Below are positions 21,078 through 29,897 of a DNA stretch of 64,000 nucleotides, in pieces. Source of the stretch: a virus; IMG/VR virus record IMGVR_UViG_3300033144_003548. The stretch is one strand, 5' to 3'. Under the pieces are notes generated by a model. It was not told the DNA's origin, did not search any database, and saw only the letters and a list, made by a program, of their open reading frames with translations. How positions within the stretch are numbered: the stretch's first letter is position 1; each line of letters starts with the position of its first letter. Both the position numbers and the translations under genes were made by a program.

Positions 21078-21423
21078 TTACCCTCACCCCCGCTTTTTTG
21101 GCTTGCTCAACCATATTTTTTGTGCCTTTGCTTTTCTCTTTGGCACTATAAAAGGCAAGCACCAAATCAGGCTTACCTTCAACTAACATTTGTTTATTTC
21201 TTATTGGACCTGCTGCCTTACCGTATGTTGCCCAATCAGCAGGAAATTCAATAACCTTCCACCCCCACGCTTCTGCTATCTCACGTGCCATTGTGTCAGC
21301 ACCTTTTGCACCACCTTCAATGATGGTTGCACTAGGTGATAGATTGGACATAATGCTGACCATCTTTGCTCGACCAACATAATCCCTACTACCACAAATC
21401 AATACTCGTTGTGCGTTTTCCAT
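21052..21423 (-). CDS. SLOG family protein (DUF2493/YspA-like)
   Basis: VLICGSRDY, IIEGGAKGAD, ADWATYGKAAGPIRNKQML. Confidence 0.85.
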   Translation of the reverse strand: MENAQRVLICGSRDYVGRAKMVSIMSNLSPSATIIEGGAKGADTMAREIAEAWGWKVIEFPADWATYGKAAGPIRNKQMLVEGKPDLVLAFYSAKEKSKGTKNMVEQAKKAGVRVIEYEYGFD

Positions 21424-21437
21424 TAAAAACTCCGAAA

Positions 21438-22304
21438 CTATAAGTAGACCCATAAGCCGAATTCTGTTTTATGTGAACATTTATCTTGATTTAATGTTAC
21501 CACTAAATTCTTCGCCACCTACCCGAAGCTATAGAGTGAGCACTCAGCTTCTGCTTGGTGTTGCACCAGATGGAGTTTACCTCTCCTACTTATACTCCCT
21601 ATTCCTACCTGAAAATGTAGGTGTTTGACTGTGACAATTGGGACACAAGAATTCTAAATTTTCTGGTCTATTATCATTACTAATACCATTCTTGTGGTTT
21701 AATTGTAAGGAAATCTTTTTACCTTGCCACTCACCAACATTACCGCAGACTTGACATTTATATTCTATTATCTGCCTTCTAATAACACGTCTTTTTAATG
21801 TTGCACCACATACTCTTGAGTTCTCACAAAAAACTTCCTTATCTGGTACAGGTGGTTTACGACTAACCTGATAATGTCTGCCCAAATTATTGTTGTATCC
21901 CAATGGAATATGTGAGATGTCCAAGTTATCTGCCTTGATACGCTTCTTGAGAATTTCATACCCCGAAGCCACATTTGGAACATCTATCTCTTTTAGTGTA
22001 CCAATTAAAGTATCGTGTTTATAGAGCATATTCTGCAAGTCTTCTTTAGGTATTGTCCATATTTTTGACCTTTTCCTTTGTTTATACATTCTAGCCTCGT
22101 GGTAGAGATAAGTAGGAGTTTAGCACTTGTCGTCAGATTTCTCTGCTAGGGTGTTACCCTACATCCTGCTCGATGGTGTTCGGACTTTCCTCTCTCTTTC
22201 TAACCTACCTTGATTTTCTGACCGATCCTAATCCCTGCAAGATTCCCAGGTCATATTTGCAGCCTCGGTTTAGAAAGTTGAGCGTTCACTCGGTCTACTT
22301 ATAG
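21438..22304 (-). ncRNA. rnpB: RNase P RNA interrupted by an HNH ORF
   Basis: 13-bp P1 (21438-21450/22292-22304), GAGGAAAGUCCG (22181-22192), GGUAAACUCC (21572-21581), AGAUAAAUG, AAACAGAAUUCGGCUUAU (21452-21469). Confidence 0.85.
21586..22089 (-). CDS. HNH endonuclease embedded in the RNase P RNA
   Basis: CQVCG...LQLNHKNGISNDNRPENLEFLCPNCHSQT; SD GAGG. Confidence 0.9.
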   Translation of the reverse strand: MYKQRKRSKIWTIPKEDLQNMLYKHDTLIGTLKEIDVPNVASGYEILKKRIKADNLDISHIPLGYNNNLGRHYQVSRKPPVPDKEVFCENSRVCGATLKRRVIRRQIIEYKCQVCGNVGEWQGKKISLQLNHKNGISNDNRPENLEFLCPNCHSQTPTFSGRNREYK

Positions 22305-22308
22305 TATA

Positions 22309-22396
22309 TGGCGGAGGGTGTGAGATTCGAACTCACGGTGGTTTGACCCACTTCAGTTTTCAAGACTGCTCCTTTAATCCACTCAGGCAACCCTCC
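22309..22396 (-). tRNA. tRNA-Ser(TGA)
   Basis: Cloverleaf, long variable arm, encoded CCA. Confidence 0.9.
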
Positions 22397-22573
22397 TAAT
22401 TGTTAATCTTGTTCTTCCAATTTACCTTTCTTTATCTCTATGCTTTTTTGCGTCTGCCCTGCAAGCTCTTTTACAGAAGTACATACATATCGGAATACAA
22501 ACACATAAGTCAATTACTATATGGATTATAAATTCAACAAGTGAAATTGTAGCACCAAAAATAATAAACTCAA

Positions 22574-22903
22574 TCATTTAGCTCTTCCATAATCATCTTC
22601 TAACCTTACAACATCATCTACTTCTGGTGTAGAAACTTCGATAATAAAAGTATCGTGAATTGCTTTTATTCTGTGTTTAGTGAGTGGTGGTAAATGAATT
22701 GAGTCACCTGTAACCATCACATTAAGTTCATCATTTATATAGAACTCAGCCAATCCACTCAGTATATAAAGAGTTTCGTCTTTCACTTCGTGATATTGTA
22801 AACTTAACCTCTCCCCTCGTTTCACGAACAAGAGTTTGCCCACATATTTTTCCTCTTCAGCAAACCAAATTTCGTAGCCCCAGGGTTTATCTACGTGCTT
22901 CAT
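22574..22903 (-). CDS. Cupin protein (mannose-6-phosphate isomerase-like)
   Basis: DKPWGYE, LSLQYHEVKDET, EVSTPEVDDVVRLEDDYGR. Confidence 0.85.
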   Translation of the reverse strand: MKHVDKPWGYEIWFAEEEKYVGKLLFVKRGERLSLQYHEVKDETLYILSGLAEFYINDELNVMVTGDSIHLPPLTKHRIKAIHDTFIIEVSTPEVDDVVRLEDDYGRAK

Positions 22904-23069
22904 TTCCTCTTTAGAATCTCCACAATTTTCCAGCCGTACTCGTTAATCAATTTTGTGCGATAAGAAGATTCAAGCTTAGTAATAAAGGGATCTTCCATTT
23001 GTGCTACCTTTAATAGTAAGGCATCCAACTCCTTCGTTACTTCCTGATAAAGCTCAAACTTTTTCATTG

Positions 23070-23142
23070 AGCTGGCGGCAGGAATCGAACCCGCTACCAG
23101 TTGTTTACAAGACAACCGCTCATCCTTATGAGCTTCGCCAGC
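23070..23142 (-). tRNA. tRNA-Thr(TGT)
   Basis: GTTGT-CTTGTAA-ACAAC arm. Confidence 0.9.
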
Positions 23143-23148
23143 ATAAGC

Positions 23149-23217
23149 GGGGAAGTGGTCACAGGCTGTATAGCAAATCAATCGTGACCCAAATTTACGC
23201 TACATAACCACCTTCCC
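23149..23217 (-). ncRNA. Candidate structured RNA between tRNA-Pro and tRNA-Thr
   Basis: Terminal stem GGGAAG.GUGGUUA/UGACCACUUCCC and inner stem UGUAGC..AAAU/AUUUGCUAUA. Confidence 0.45.
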
Positions 23218-23296
23218 TGGTCGGGGTGAGAGGATTCGGACCTCCGACTCCGTGATCCCAAATCACGTGCTCTAAACCTGACTGAGCTACACCCCG
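23218..23296 (-). tRNA. tRNA-Pro(TGG)
   Basis: CGTGA-TTTGGGA-TCACG; CCA. Confidence 0.9.
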
Positions 23297-23551
23297 TCAA
23301 TACAATATTTTGCTTACATCAACAAGACCTTTTCCAGCTTTAACCAACCAATCTTTGCCCCACATCTTAGCAACCCTATTAAAAAGATCTCTATCTTCTA
23401 CAATAACGCTGTCGGTGCGTGGTACTCCCATCTCTTTATTTTTGCCCTCAGTGAAACAAAGGAATCTTAAATAGCAAGATTCACAATTATCAGGACAATC
23501 CATACATAAATAACCACCACCCTGTAAGAAGTGATAAACAACCTTCTTCAT
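23297..23551 (-). CDS. Cys-module protein
   Basis: CMDCPDNCESCYLRFLCFTEG. Confidence 0.7.
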   Translation of the reverse strand: MKKVVYHFLQGGGYLCMDCPDNCESCYLRFLCFTEGKNKEMGVPRTDSVIVEDRDLFNRVAKMWGKDWLVKAGKGLVDVSKILY

Positions 23552-23555
23552 AATG

Positions 23556-23629
23556 TGGAGGGCAGGAGACTCGAACTCCTAATCTTCTGCTTGCAAAGCA
23601 GTTGCTCTCCCTAATTGAGCTAGCCCCCC
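23556..23629 (-). tRNA. tRNA-Ala(TGC)
   Basis: G3:U70 pair, TGC anticodon. Confidence 0.9.
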
Positions 23630-23729
23630 TTTGTACATAAAGTAACGTGGTAAATCTTCCAAGTAAACCCAATCTAACCAGTAAATTCCATTTACCACAA
23701 TCCAAGCTCTAACATATAAGGATAGTTCT

Positions 23730-24095
23730 TCAAATTTGCGTTCCGCCAAAGTGACCTCTCGCATCAGGAACATTCCATCCCTTTTGCCTGAGAAGATCAT
23801 ACTCCCAGTCATTCTCTATTCGATTAGTAAAACAGAAGAATTTATGCTCACACGACTCACAATGAGTCAGGTAAATACTAAAAGCCTGTATGGTTACATT
23901 TCTTTCGTGCAATTTCCAGAAACACTCATCGTGGTGGTGTAAAATCCACAAACAGGAATGTACTGAACTACGATGACATTCAGGACATTTTATCAATGGA
24001 CCCTCTAACTTGTTGAACTCCACAAAATTGTGGCAATCAAAGCAATAGAGATACTTAGGAAATAAATGTTCCTTCTCTAATTTTATCAATTTCAT
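23730..24095 (-). CDS. Zn-ribbon plus Cys-module protein
   Basis: CFDC, CPEC, CESCEHKFFCFTNR. Confidence 0.7.
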   Translation of the reverse strand: MKLIKLEKEHLFPKYLYCFDCHNFVEFNKLEGPLIKCPECHRSSVHSCLWILHHHDECFWKLHERNVTIQAFSIYLTHCESCEHKFFCFTNRIENDWEYDLLRQKGWNVPDARGHFGGTQI

Positions 24096-24101
24096 AGTTA
24101 G

Positions 24102-24188
24102 TGGGATAGGCTAGATTCGAACTAGCTTAGTCACTACGGACGCCACTTTTACAGAGTGGTGCAACTCGCCTATCGTTGCCGCTATCCC
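24102..24188 (-). tRNA. tRNA-Tyr(GTA)
   Basis: CCACT-CTGTAAA-AGTGG, long variable arm. Confidence 0.85.
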
Positions 24189-24568
24189 AATTTATATTGT
24201 TCATATTCTGTACCCAAAGTTATAGAATTGCCACAAACCGAAGAAGGTATTAAATATTTATTGCCATCTGAAGTTAACACGAAAACAAAGTCAACCGCAT
24301 CTTTATTGAAATTCTTTATCTTGCCACTGCTACTTCTATTTCCACCTTTAATAGTTAAGCTAACAAAAAACCTGCCATACTTACTTTTGAAGGATGTTGT
24401 CTTAACTTGAATTCTTTTTAGCCCGTCAATATCAACAACTAAATCATAATCCTGGCTATCAGTAAGTGGTATGCTTACACTATATCCCTGTGATACAAAA
24501 TATCCGATAGCCGCACCTAACCCTACGTCACCTTGTTTTTTAGTATTCTTCTGCCTAAATCCAATCAT
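24182..24568 (-). CDS. PD-(D/E)XK endonuclease (group I intron-associated type)
   Basis: KQGDVG, GYSVSIPLTDSQDYDLVVD...RIQVKT. Confidence 0.8.
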   Translation of the reverse strand: MIGFRQKNTKKQGDVGLGAAIGYFVSQGYSVSIPLTDSQDYDLVVDIDGLKRIQVKTTSFKSKYGRFFVSLTIKGGNRSSSGKIKNFNKDAVDFVFVLTSDGNKYLIPSSVCGNSITLGTEYEQYKLG

Positions 24569-24774
24569 TTTTCCTTATTCAAATGATACAGACCATCTCT
24601 CAAAGTATACCACATCTGTGTCCATTCAGTGCCATTCAAAACTAAAATGTGATCTTTAGGCTCTGTAAAACACCTGAATCTTACTGGACAAGTATTACAT
24701 ATTCCGTCACAGCTAGTCTCTCTATAAGTAGTGTTATCCCTTGTTTTGATATAATACTTGAGTCTCCGTATCAT
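24565..24774 (-). CDS. Cys-module protein
   Basis: CDGICNTCPVRFRCFTEP. Confidence 0.7.
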   Translation of the reverse strand: MIRRLKYYIKTRDNTTYRETSCDGICNTCPVRFRCFTEPKDHILVLNGTEWTQMWYTLRDGLYHLNKEK

Positions 24775-25205
24775 TACAACAGAGCAGGTTGTAGCTCACT
24801 CACCTCCTCTACTTTGAAGTTTCCTTTAAGACTGTATTTTCCCCATCGGTATAATTTAAACCAATCATTATAAACCGTGTGAGGCATTTCATCCACGCTG
24901 ACTTCTTCTGCAAGGACAAAAAATTTAATGTTACAATCAGGACAACCAACCTCAACCATCGGTGCTAGTCCCCTGCGACAAGTGTATCCCATAAATTCTA
25001 ATGGTCTACCACACGTACAGTTTAATTCGTATAACATTCAAATCTCTCTTTACAAGTTTCGCACTCTACCTTACCTTTCCCTTGAAACTTACCATAAATG
25101 CCGTGACAAGAAAGATTAAATCGTGCTGCGGGTAGGTCTTTAAATATAGAATATACAGCACTCAGGAATATGATAATTGCAATAACGCACGCCAATTCCA
25201 TAATG

Positions 25206-25276
25206 CTCTCGGACTTGGGTTCGAACCAAGCTCTCCAGGTTCAAAGCCTGACGTGCTACCAATACACCATCCGAGA
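25206..25276 (-). tRNA. tRNA-Gln(TTG)
   Basis: Cloverleaf, CTTTGAA loop. Confidence 0.9.
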
Positions 25277-25280
25277 AATG

Positions 25281-25355
25281 TGCCGAGGAGAGGACTTGAA
25301 CCTCTAACGCACAGGGCTTCAACCTGTCGCTCTACCTGAATTGAGCTACCTCGGC
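25281..25355 (-). tRNA. tRNA-Phe(GAA)
   Basis: ACAGG-TTGAAGC-CCTGT. Confidence 0.9.
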
Positions 25356-25359
25356 ATAA

Positions 25360-25418
25360 GACAATCTGCTGATGGTCTACTTATCAGCAGTCATTTTGTG
25401 ACTACCACCTAGATTGTC
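25360..25418 (-). ncRNA. Candidate small three-way-junction RNA
   Basis: GACAAUCU/AGAUUGUC closing stem, AGUCA/UGACU and GCUGAU/AUCAGC hairpins. Confidence 0.4.
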
Positions 25419-25825
25419 CGCTTTGTATTTAGGAGAACTTCTTCAGAATAGCTTCTAGTCTCTTAATCTCTCCGCTCTCTACCTTAGTGCCAGTAGAAGC
25501 TTCAGCGATTTGAGCTTTGTTAGCCTTCTTGCGATCCTGACGATCAGATTGAAGTTTCAGTATCTCCTCTTTGGTCTTGGCTTCATCTTCGGCATCAGCT
25601 TTTTCGATTGCGGCTTTCAAGTTAATAAGTCCACCAAGCTTGCGATTAACCGTAGCAATCGCTTCCTGAGCCTCATCAATGACCACGTTAGGAATACCAA
25701 CAATAGCCAGCACGCCCTTTATAGTCCTTACGTCACCATTCTTGAAGCCTATCTCAGAGGTATACCTCTCCAACTCAGCAAGACCGAACTTTTTTGTAGT
25801 GACCATTTTCCGCTCCTTTCCTATT

Positions 25826-25854
25826 ATTCTAACATAAAATTGTTATATTGTCAA
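25826..25854 (-). promoter_or_regulatory. sigma70-type promoter
   Basis: TTGACA-17-TAGAAT with extended TG. Confidence 0.7.
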
Positions 25855-25861
25855 GTCCTTG

Positions 25862-25945
25862 TGTCGCTGGCGAGAATCGAACTCGCATACCCTCATCGGG
25901 CACTGGTTTTTAAGACCAGCGTGTATTCCGTTCCACCACAGCGAC
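25862..25945 (-). tRNA. tRNA-Leu(TAA)
   Basis: CTGGT-CTTAAAA-ACCAG, long variable arm. Confidence 0.9.
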
Positions 25946-26079
25946 TTTCTTCTGCATCATCTTATCCTTTTTGACGATAGTTTTGGCACTTTTAACGTGT
26001 CTAATAACACTCCCAGGGAGTGCCGCAGGATCTTCTTGATGAATCCTTAATACTTCATCCAAGTGAAATAAAGCTTCTT

Positions 26080-26346
26080 TCATTTGTTTACGTTTGTTGT
26101 GAGACATTTGTAGTCCAAAAACATTTTGCGTGCTTTTTGTTGACATAGAGGATAACTATAAGCATTGCAATTACTAAGTTCTTTACAAAAATCCTCGTCT
26201 TTTATTGTAAGTACTCTACGCTCAGTGTAGCAAATAAACCTAAATTTACAATTAGAACAATCATCACCCCCAAAACATCTAAATTCCCACCTATAACCAC
26301 GCAGAGAATCTTTATCTACAAATCTAATTACTTTAATTACTTTCAT
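26080..26346 (-). CDS. Cys-module protein
   Basis: CFGGDDCSNCKFRFICYTER. Confidence 0.7.
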   Translation of the reverse strand: MKVIKVIRFVDKDSLRGYRWEFRCFGGDDCSNCKFRFICYTERRVLTIKDEDFCKELSNCNAYSYPLCQQKARKMFLDYKCLTTNVNK

Positions 26347-26348
26347 TC

Positions 26349-26425
26349 TGGCGGGAGCGTAAGGATTCGAACCCTAATTTCCACGTTTTGGAGACGTGTG
26401 TTTTCTCCAGTTAAACTACACTCCC
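26349..26425 (-). tRNA. tRNA-Trp(CCA)
   Basis: CACGT-CTCCAAA-ACGTG; CCA end. Confidence 0.9.
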
Positions 26426-26805
26426 TAGCTCCTTATTTCTACTTTATAACCTTTAACATTAAAACCAGCTTTTTTGATCAAATTAACTATTTTTTCACCA
26501 TCTGCTTGAGTAAGCCTGTCTATTTCTAGAGTGATTGAGGCTTGACCACCAAATGTAGCCCAACTAAAATTAAAATTCCTTCTAGGAATACCACTAAAAA
26601 TACTGGAGAAATCGAATATTGACGGTGGCTCTGATGTTAGTATCTGATATGCTTCATTTATTTGTTTGAACTTGCCTGTTGCCTCTGGAGAGTGATTCAC
26701 ATCAGGATGCCACTGCTTCGCAAGTTTCCTATATGCTTTTTTAATATCATCTTTTGGTGCTCCATAAGGCAAACCAAGTATTCGATAACAATCAGGTCTA
26801 TTCAT
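26425..26805 (-). CDS. J-domain protein
   Basis: YRILGL...[17 protein letters not shown]...[11 protein letters not shown]. Confidence 0.9.
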   Translation of the reverse strand: MNRPDCYRILGLPYGAPKDDIKKAYRKLAKQWHPDVNHSPEATGKFKQINEAYQILTSEPPSIFDFSSIFSGIPRRNFNFSWATFGGQASITLEIDRLTQADGEKIVNLIKKAGFNVKGYKVEIRS

Positions 26806-26822
26806 TTAATCCCCACCATATG

Positions 26823-26906
26823 TGTCCGAGATAGGAGTCGAACCTATAACGCCTTTCGGCAACAGGGTTTGAGCCTGCCGTGTCTACCTATTTCCACCAC
26901 TCGGAC
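26823..26906 (-). tRNA. tRNA-Leu(CAA)
   Basis: GCAGG-CTCAAAC-CCTGT. Confidence 0.9.
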
Positions 26907-26947
26907 TTGATAAAAGTGTTTTAGGATTCGTAGGTTGAAACACTTTT

Positions 26948-26976
26948 ATTATAGCATATTTTCTCTCAAATGTCAA
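26948..26976 (-). promoter_or_regulatory. sigma70-type promoter
   Basis: TTGACA-17-TATAAT with extended TG. Confidence 0.75.
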
Positions 26977-27165
26977 GCCCTTTTAAGGTCTGCCCCACAA
27001 TGAGGACAATGTTTCCAACCTTTTGCCGTGAGTTCCTTACAACTAGAACATTCGGGATGCCCTGCTTTAATGTAACAATCACGGCATTGACAAAATCCGT
27101 GAGTCATACCTAGAACTCCTGAATCAGTATAACACACCTCAGTTTCCTTGCCACAAGTTGCACAC

Positions 27166-27548
27166 TTAAACACTCCTCACCTCCTCAATTAGCTTATCAG
27201 CACTATGCCAAATCCATTGATTTCCATCCCACATATAAACATTCTTCACACCAAACATTGGCATTAGAGTACTACAAATGCTACACCAAAATCTGGTAAA
27301 TGGATAGTCTTTTCCATTGGGAGTCATACAAAATATGTACATATCCTTTTGGACTTCGCTAAACCCCCCCACTCAGCGTGGTTTGCTCTACAGTCGGGGT
27401 AAGGTTGTTCAATATCTACCCTTTTACATTTAGCACAATCGCTGTAGAACTCACCATTAAAGGAGAAGACATCACCATTACTGGCAGCAAATTTAATTAC
27501 CTTACAGGGGGATTTTTTAGCTATTTCTCTAAATAACTCTATATTCAT
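27166..27548 (-). CDS. Cytidine/dCMP deaminase-like gene split by a -1 frameshift
   Basis: SPC...NG...HAE in the first frame; CSIC...GVKNVY in the -1 frame; junction at the G7 run 27364-27370. Confidence 0.6.
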
Positions 27549-27550
27549 TT

Positions 27551-27628
27551 TGGGGTGAGGTGTGGGATTCGAACCCACAGTAACGAGGGTCACAACCTCG
27601 CAGTTTAACCACTTAACTTAACCCCACC
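27551..27628 (-). tRNA. tRNA-His(GTG)
   Basis: G-1:C73, GTG anticodon, CCA. Confidence 0.9.
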
Positions 27629-27629
27629 A

Positions 27630-27845
27630 TCAATTAGTATAACAATTAAACCTAAATTGGCACTCATCGCAAGATGATTTGTGAAACATTCTACAATTAT
27701 AAAATATATGCTTCACCACATCTCTGTTATCTTGAACGAGTGCGGAAAGCATCACGGCTAAATGAGGTTTTATATCGTCAGGATGATTAAAGCCGTAGTG
27801 CATATACAAATGTTTAGCAGCTACACTCTCTAAGTATTCATCCAT
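27630..27845 (-). CDS. Cys-module protein
   Basis: C-terminal CRMFHKSSCDECQFRFNCYTN. Confidence 0.7.
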   Translation of the reverse strand: MDEYLESVAAKHLYMHYGFNHPDDIKPHLAVMLSALVQDNRDVVKHIFYNCRMFHKSSCDECQFRFNCYTN

Positions 27846-27902
27846 TACATTGATATTTCAATCAACTTCAAAGCGAAAACTTTTATACCAAACAACTCTA
27901 TT

Positions 27903-28140
27903 TTAGGGAGTTCTATCTTTATTTAATTGGGAAATAGGTGTTATGTTAGGTGGAGATGATTCTAAATTTACCATCCTAACGTTACACAAATCCATTTGGA
28001 ACAAAGCTGTAATCCAGTCGGGACACTTATTCCTAGCAAAGACTACAAAACCTATAGGATTACCACCGCATCGTTGACGTTCTCTTTCTACTCTTACTAC
28101 CTGAGTGTAAGGTAAAATCTCCTAGCTGAAATAGATTCAT
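27903..28140 (-). pseudogene. Internally deleted orotate phosphoribosyltransferase-like gene
   Basis: SD AGGAGG; MNLFQLGDFTLHSGSKS, then in another frame IGFVVFARNKCPDWITALFQM; PRPP-binding core absent. Confidence 0.5.
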
Positions 28141-28151
28141 TTTCCCTCCTG

Positions 28152-28222
28152 AGCGGTAGATGGGGATCGAACCCATATTTCAGACTTGGCAAGCCTGCGT
28201 TGCACCATTCAACTACTACCGC
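28152..28222 (-). tRNA. tRNA-Gly(GCC)
   Basis: Cloverleaf, TTGCCAA loop. Confidence 0.9.
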
Positions 28223-28227
28223 AATTC

Positions 28228-28303
28228 TGGCTCTCGGATTAGGATTCGAACCTAAGTTTCCTGGTTCAGAGCCAAGCGTCCTACCTGGTTAGACGATCCG
28301 AGA
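28228..28303 (-). tRNA. tRNA-Gln(CTG)
   Basis: CTCTGAA loop; CCA. Confidence 0.9.
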
Positions 28304-28675
28304 TTTCTCCTTTAATATGTTCACTAACGTAGGAAAAGGAATGTGTTTTGCTTCTGGCAGATCATAAAGCATCATTTTAGCACCAGCATAATTTAGGGTG
28401 TGTATTATAATTTGCTTACTCCTTATATTATTATCAGCGATGTATTTAGCTACCCACCACCCAGTGTTAGGGTCAAGAGAATCTACATAAACTTTCTCAC
28501 CTAAGTCGTGGTCTAAGAACATAATATCAAAATCGTTCTCATTCTTCAAGACTTCAATTGCTGTATCTCTAGAATCCGCCACGAAAATCACAGATTCCTC
28601 ATTAATCACATCTTTCAACAGTCTCAACAGAGTGTTTTGTCGTTCTACCATATCATCTAAGATAAATATTTTCAT
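28289..28675 (-). CDS. Receiver-fold protein (cyclic-phosphate-processing type)
   Basis: IFILDD...FLDHDLG...TG..VAK.I...IIIHTLN. Confidence 0.7.
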   Translation of the reverse strand: MKIFILDDMVERQNTLLRLLKDVINEESVIFVADSRDTAIEVLKNENDFDIMFLDHDLGEKVYVDSLDPNTGWWVAKYIADNNIRSKQIIIHTLNYAGAKMMLYDLPEAKHIPFPTLVNILKEKSRIV

Positions 28676-28677
28676 CT

Positions 28678-28754
28678 TGGCTCTGGTGGCTAGATTCGAA
28701 CTAGCATAATTCTCCTTAACAGGGAGGCATACTACCTAATTGTACTACACCAGA
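28678..28754 (-). tRNA. tRNA-Asn(GTT)
   Basis: CTGTTAA loop; CCA. Confidence 0.9.
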
Positions 28755-28765
28755 GTAATTTGTAT

Positions 28766-28987
28766 TCATAATTTAATTAATCTATATGTAGGATAGTATC
28801 TAGGTCTAAAGTGCCATTGTCTACTAAATTGAGACCTATCCACTATTACTTTACCAACATCTTTTATTGTGTCTCTTGTAGTATAGCAAAGAAATCTTAT
28901 TTTACACCGATTGCAGGAAAAGCGTTTGCAAATATAACCTAAATAATATTCACCACAGTCAACATAAATCAATATCTCTTCTATCAT
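28766..28987 (-). CDS. Cys-module protein
   Basis: CKRFSCNRCKIRFLCYTTR. Confidence 0.7.
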   Translation of the reverse strand: MIEEILIYVDCGEYYLGYICKRFSCNRCKIRFLCYTTRDTIKDVGKVIVDRSQFSRQWHFRPRYYPTYRLIKL

Positions 28988-28991
28988 ACTG

Positions 28992-29065
28992 AGGCAGCGG
29001 TGGGATTTGAACCCACATAAGACCGCTTTGCAGGCGGTTGCCTAACCAGATTCGACTACGCTGCC
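28992..29065 (-). tRNA. tRNA-Cys(GCA)
   Basis: ACCGC-CTGCAAA-GCGGT, U73. Confidence 0.9.
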
Positions 29066-29095
29066 ATTATCATCATTGCTCCATTATACTCCTTG

Positions 29096-29168
29096 CGGTC
29101 TGTACGGGTTTTGATCCCGTCCCTCATCCTTGACAGGGATGTATGCTCACCACTAACACCTACAGACC
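29096..29168 (-). tRNA. tRNA-Asp(GTC)
   Basis: CATCC-CTGTCAA-GGATG; atypical T-loop ATCAAAA. Confidence 0.85.
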
Positions 29169-29512
29169 TAAAACTTCATAATAATACCACTAACGGTTAT
29201 TACTGTATTACCTTCTTTATCGTGGATAATTTCATACCCCTCAGTGAAGGTTGTCATACCCTTAAAACTCACAAAATTTGGTTTGTCTGCCCTTTCTCTT
29301 ATTGAATTTAACGAAGCACACCCAAATGACAAATCGAATACTGCTCTAAACTCGTCACTCCCATTAAGTACCTTGCTTAATTCATACTTGATTGGTGAAA
29401 GCTCTCTTTCTCTATTAGTCCAGCAGATAAAGCGAAATTCGCAAGCTTTGCATTTTTCCGTGTCCAAAAGAATTGGAACTACTAATTTAACATTAAAAGG
29501 GTCATCTACCAT
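29168..29512 (-). CDS. Cys-module protein
   Basis: CKACEFRFICWTNR. Confidence 0.7.
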   Translation of the reverse strand: MVDDPFNVKLVVPILLDTEKCKACEFRFICWTNRERELSPIKYELSKVLNGSDEFRAVFDLSFGCASLNSIRERADKPNFVSFKGMTTFTEGYEIIHDKEGNTVITVSGIIMKF

Positions 29513-29897
29513 AGTTCTTATTTCTAGTTCTGCCTTTTCTCACACGTTCTCTGGTATCTTCTCTAGTTATAGCAATACACTCATTACAACGGCAACCATA
29601 TCTGTAACCAGTTGTCGTACCGTGTACAAGGGTTCTTTTTTTGCTCTTATGATTACCACTATTGCACCTCAAATGCGAAAATGCAATATTATCTAAATCC
29701 CAAAATAATTCAGGATTAACATTCAACCAAGCTTTTTTGTGTTCCACAGACAACTCATCATAAGTATCTATTAATTTGCCACAACGATAACATACATTTT
29801 CACCACGTTTCTCTAGCAAATCAAATAGTATCATCTTCCTCAATCTATGACACGCAGTACCGTATGGCATACCTAATTGATCATCTTTACTGCCCAT
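29502..29897 (-). CDS. HNH-like endonuclease
   Basis: CYRCG...LSVEHK...NIAFSHLRCN; HGT..GY..GCRC..C. Confidence 0.65.
   Translation of the reverse strand: MGSKDDQLGMPYGTACHRLRKMILFDLLEKRGENVCYRCGKLIDTYDELSVEHKKAWLNVNPELFWDLDNIAFSHLRCNSGNHKSKKRTLVHGTTTGYRYGCRCNECIAITREDTRERVRKGRTRNKNYGR

Noticed and set aside
21586-22107. Group I intron around the HNH ORF
   Set aside because: The insert is almost entirely SD plus ORF, with under 20 nt spare, leaving no room for an intron core.
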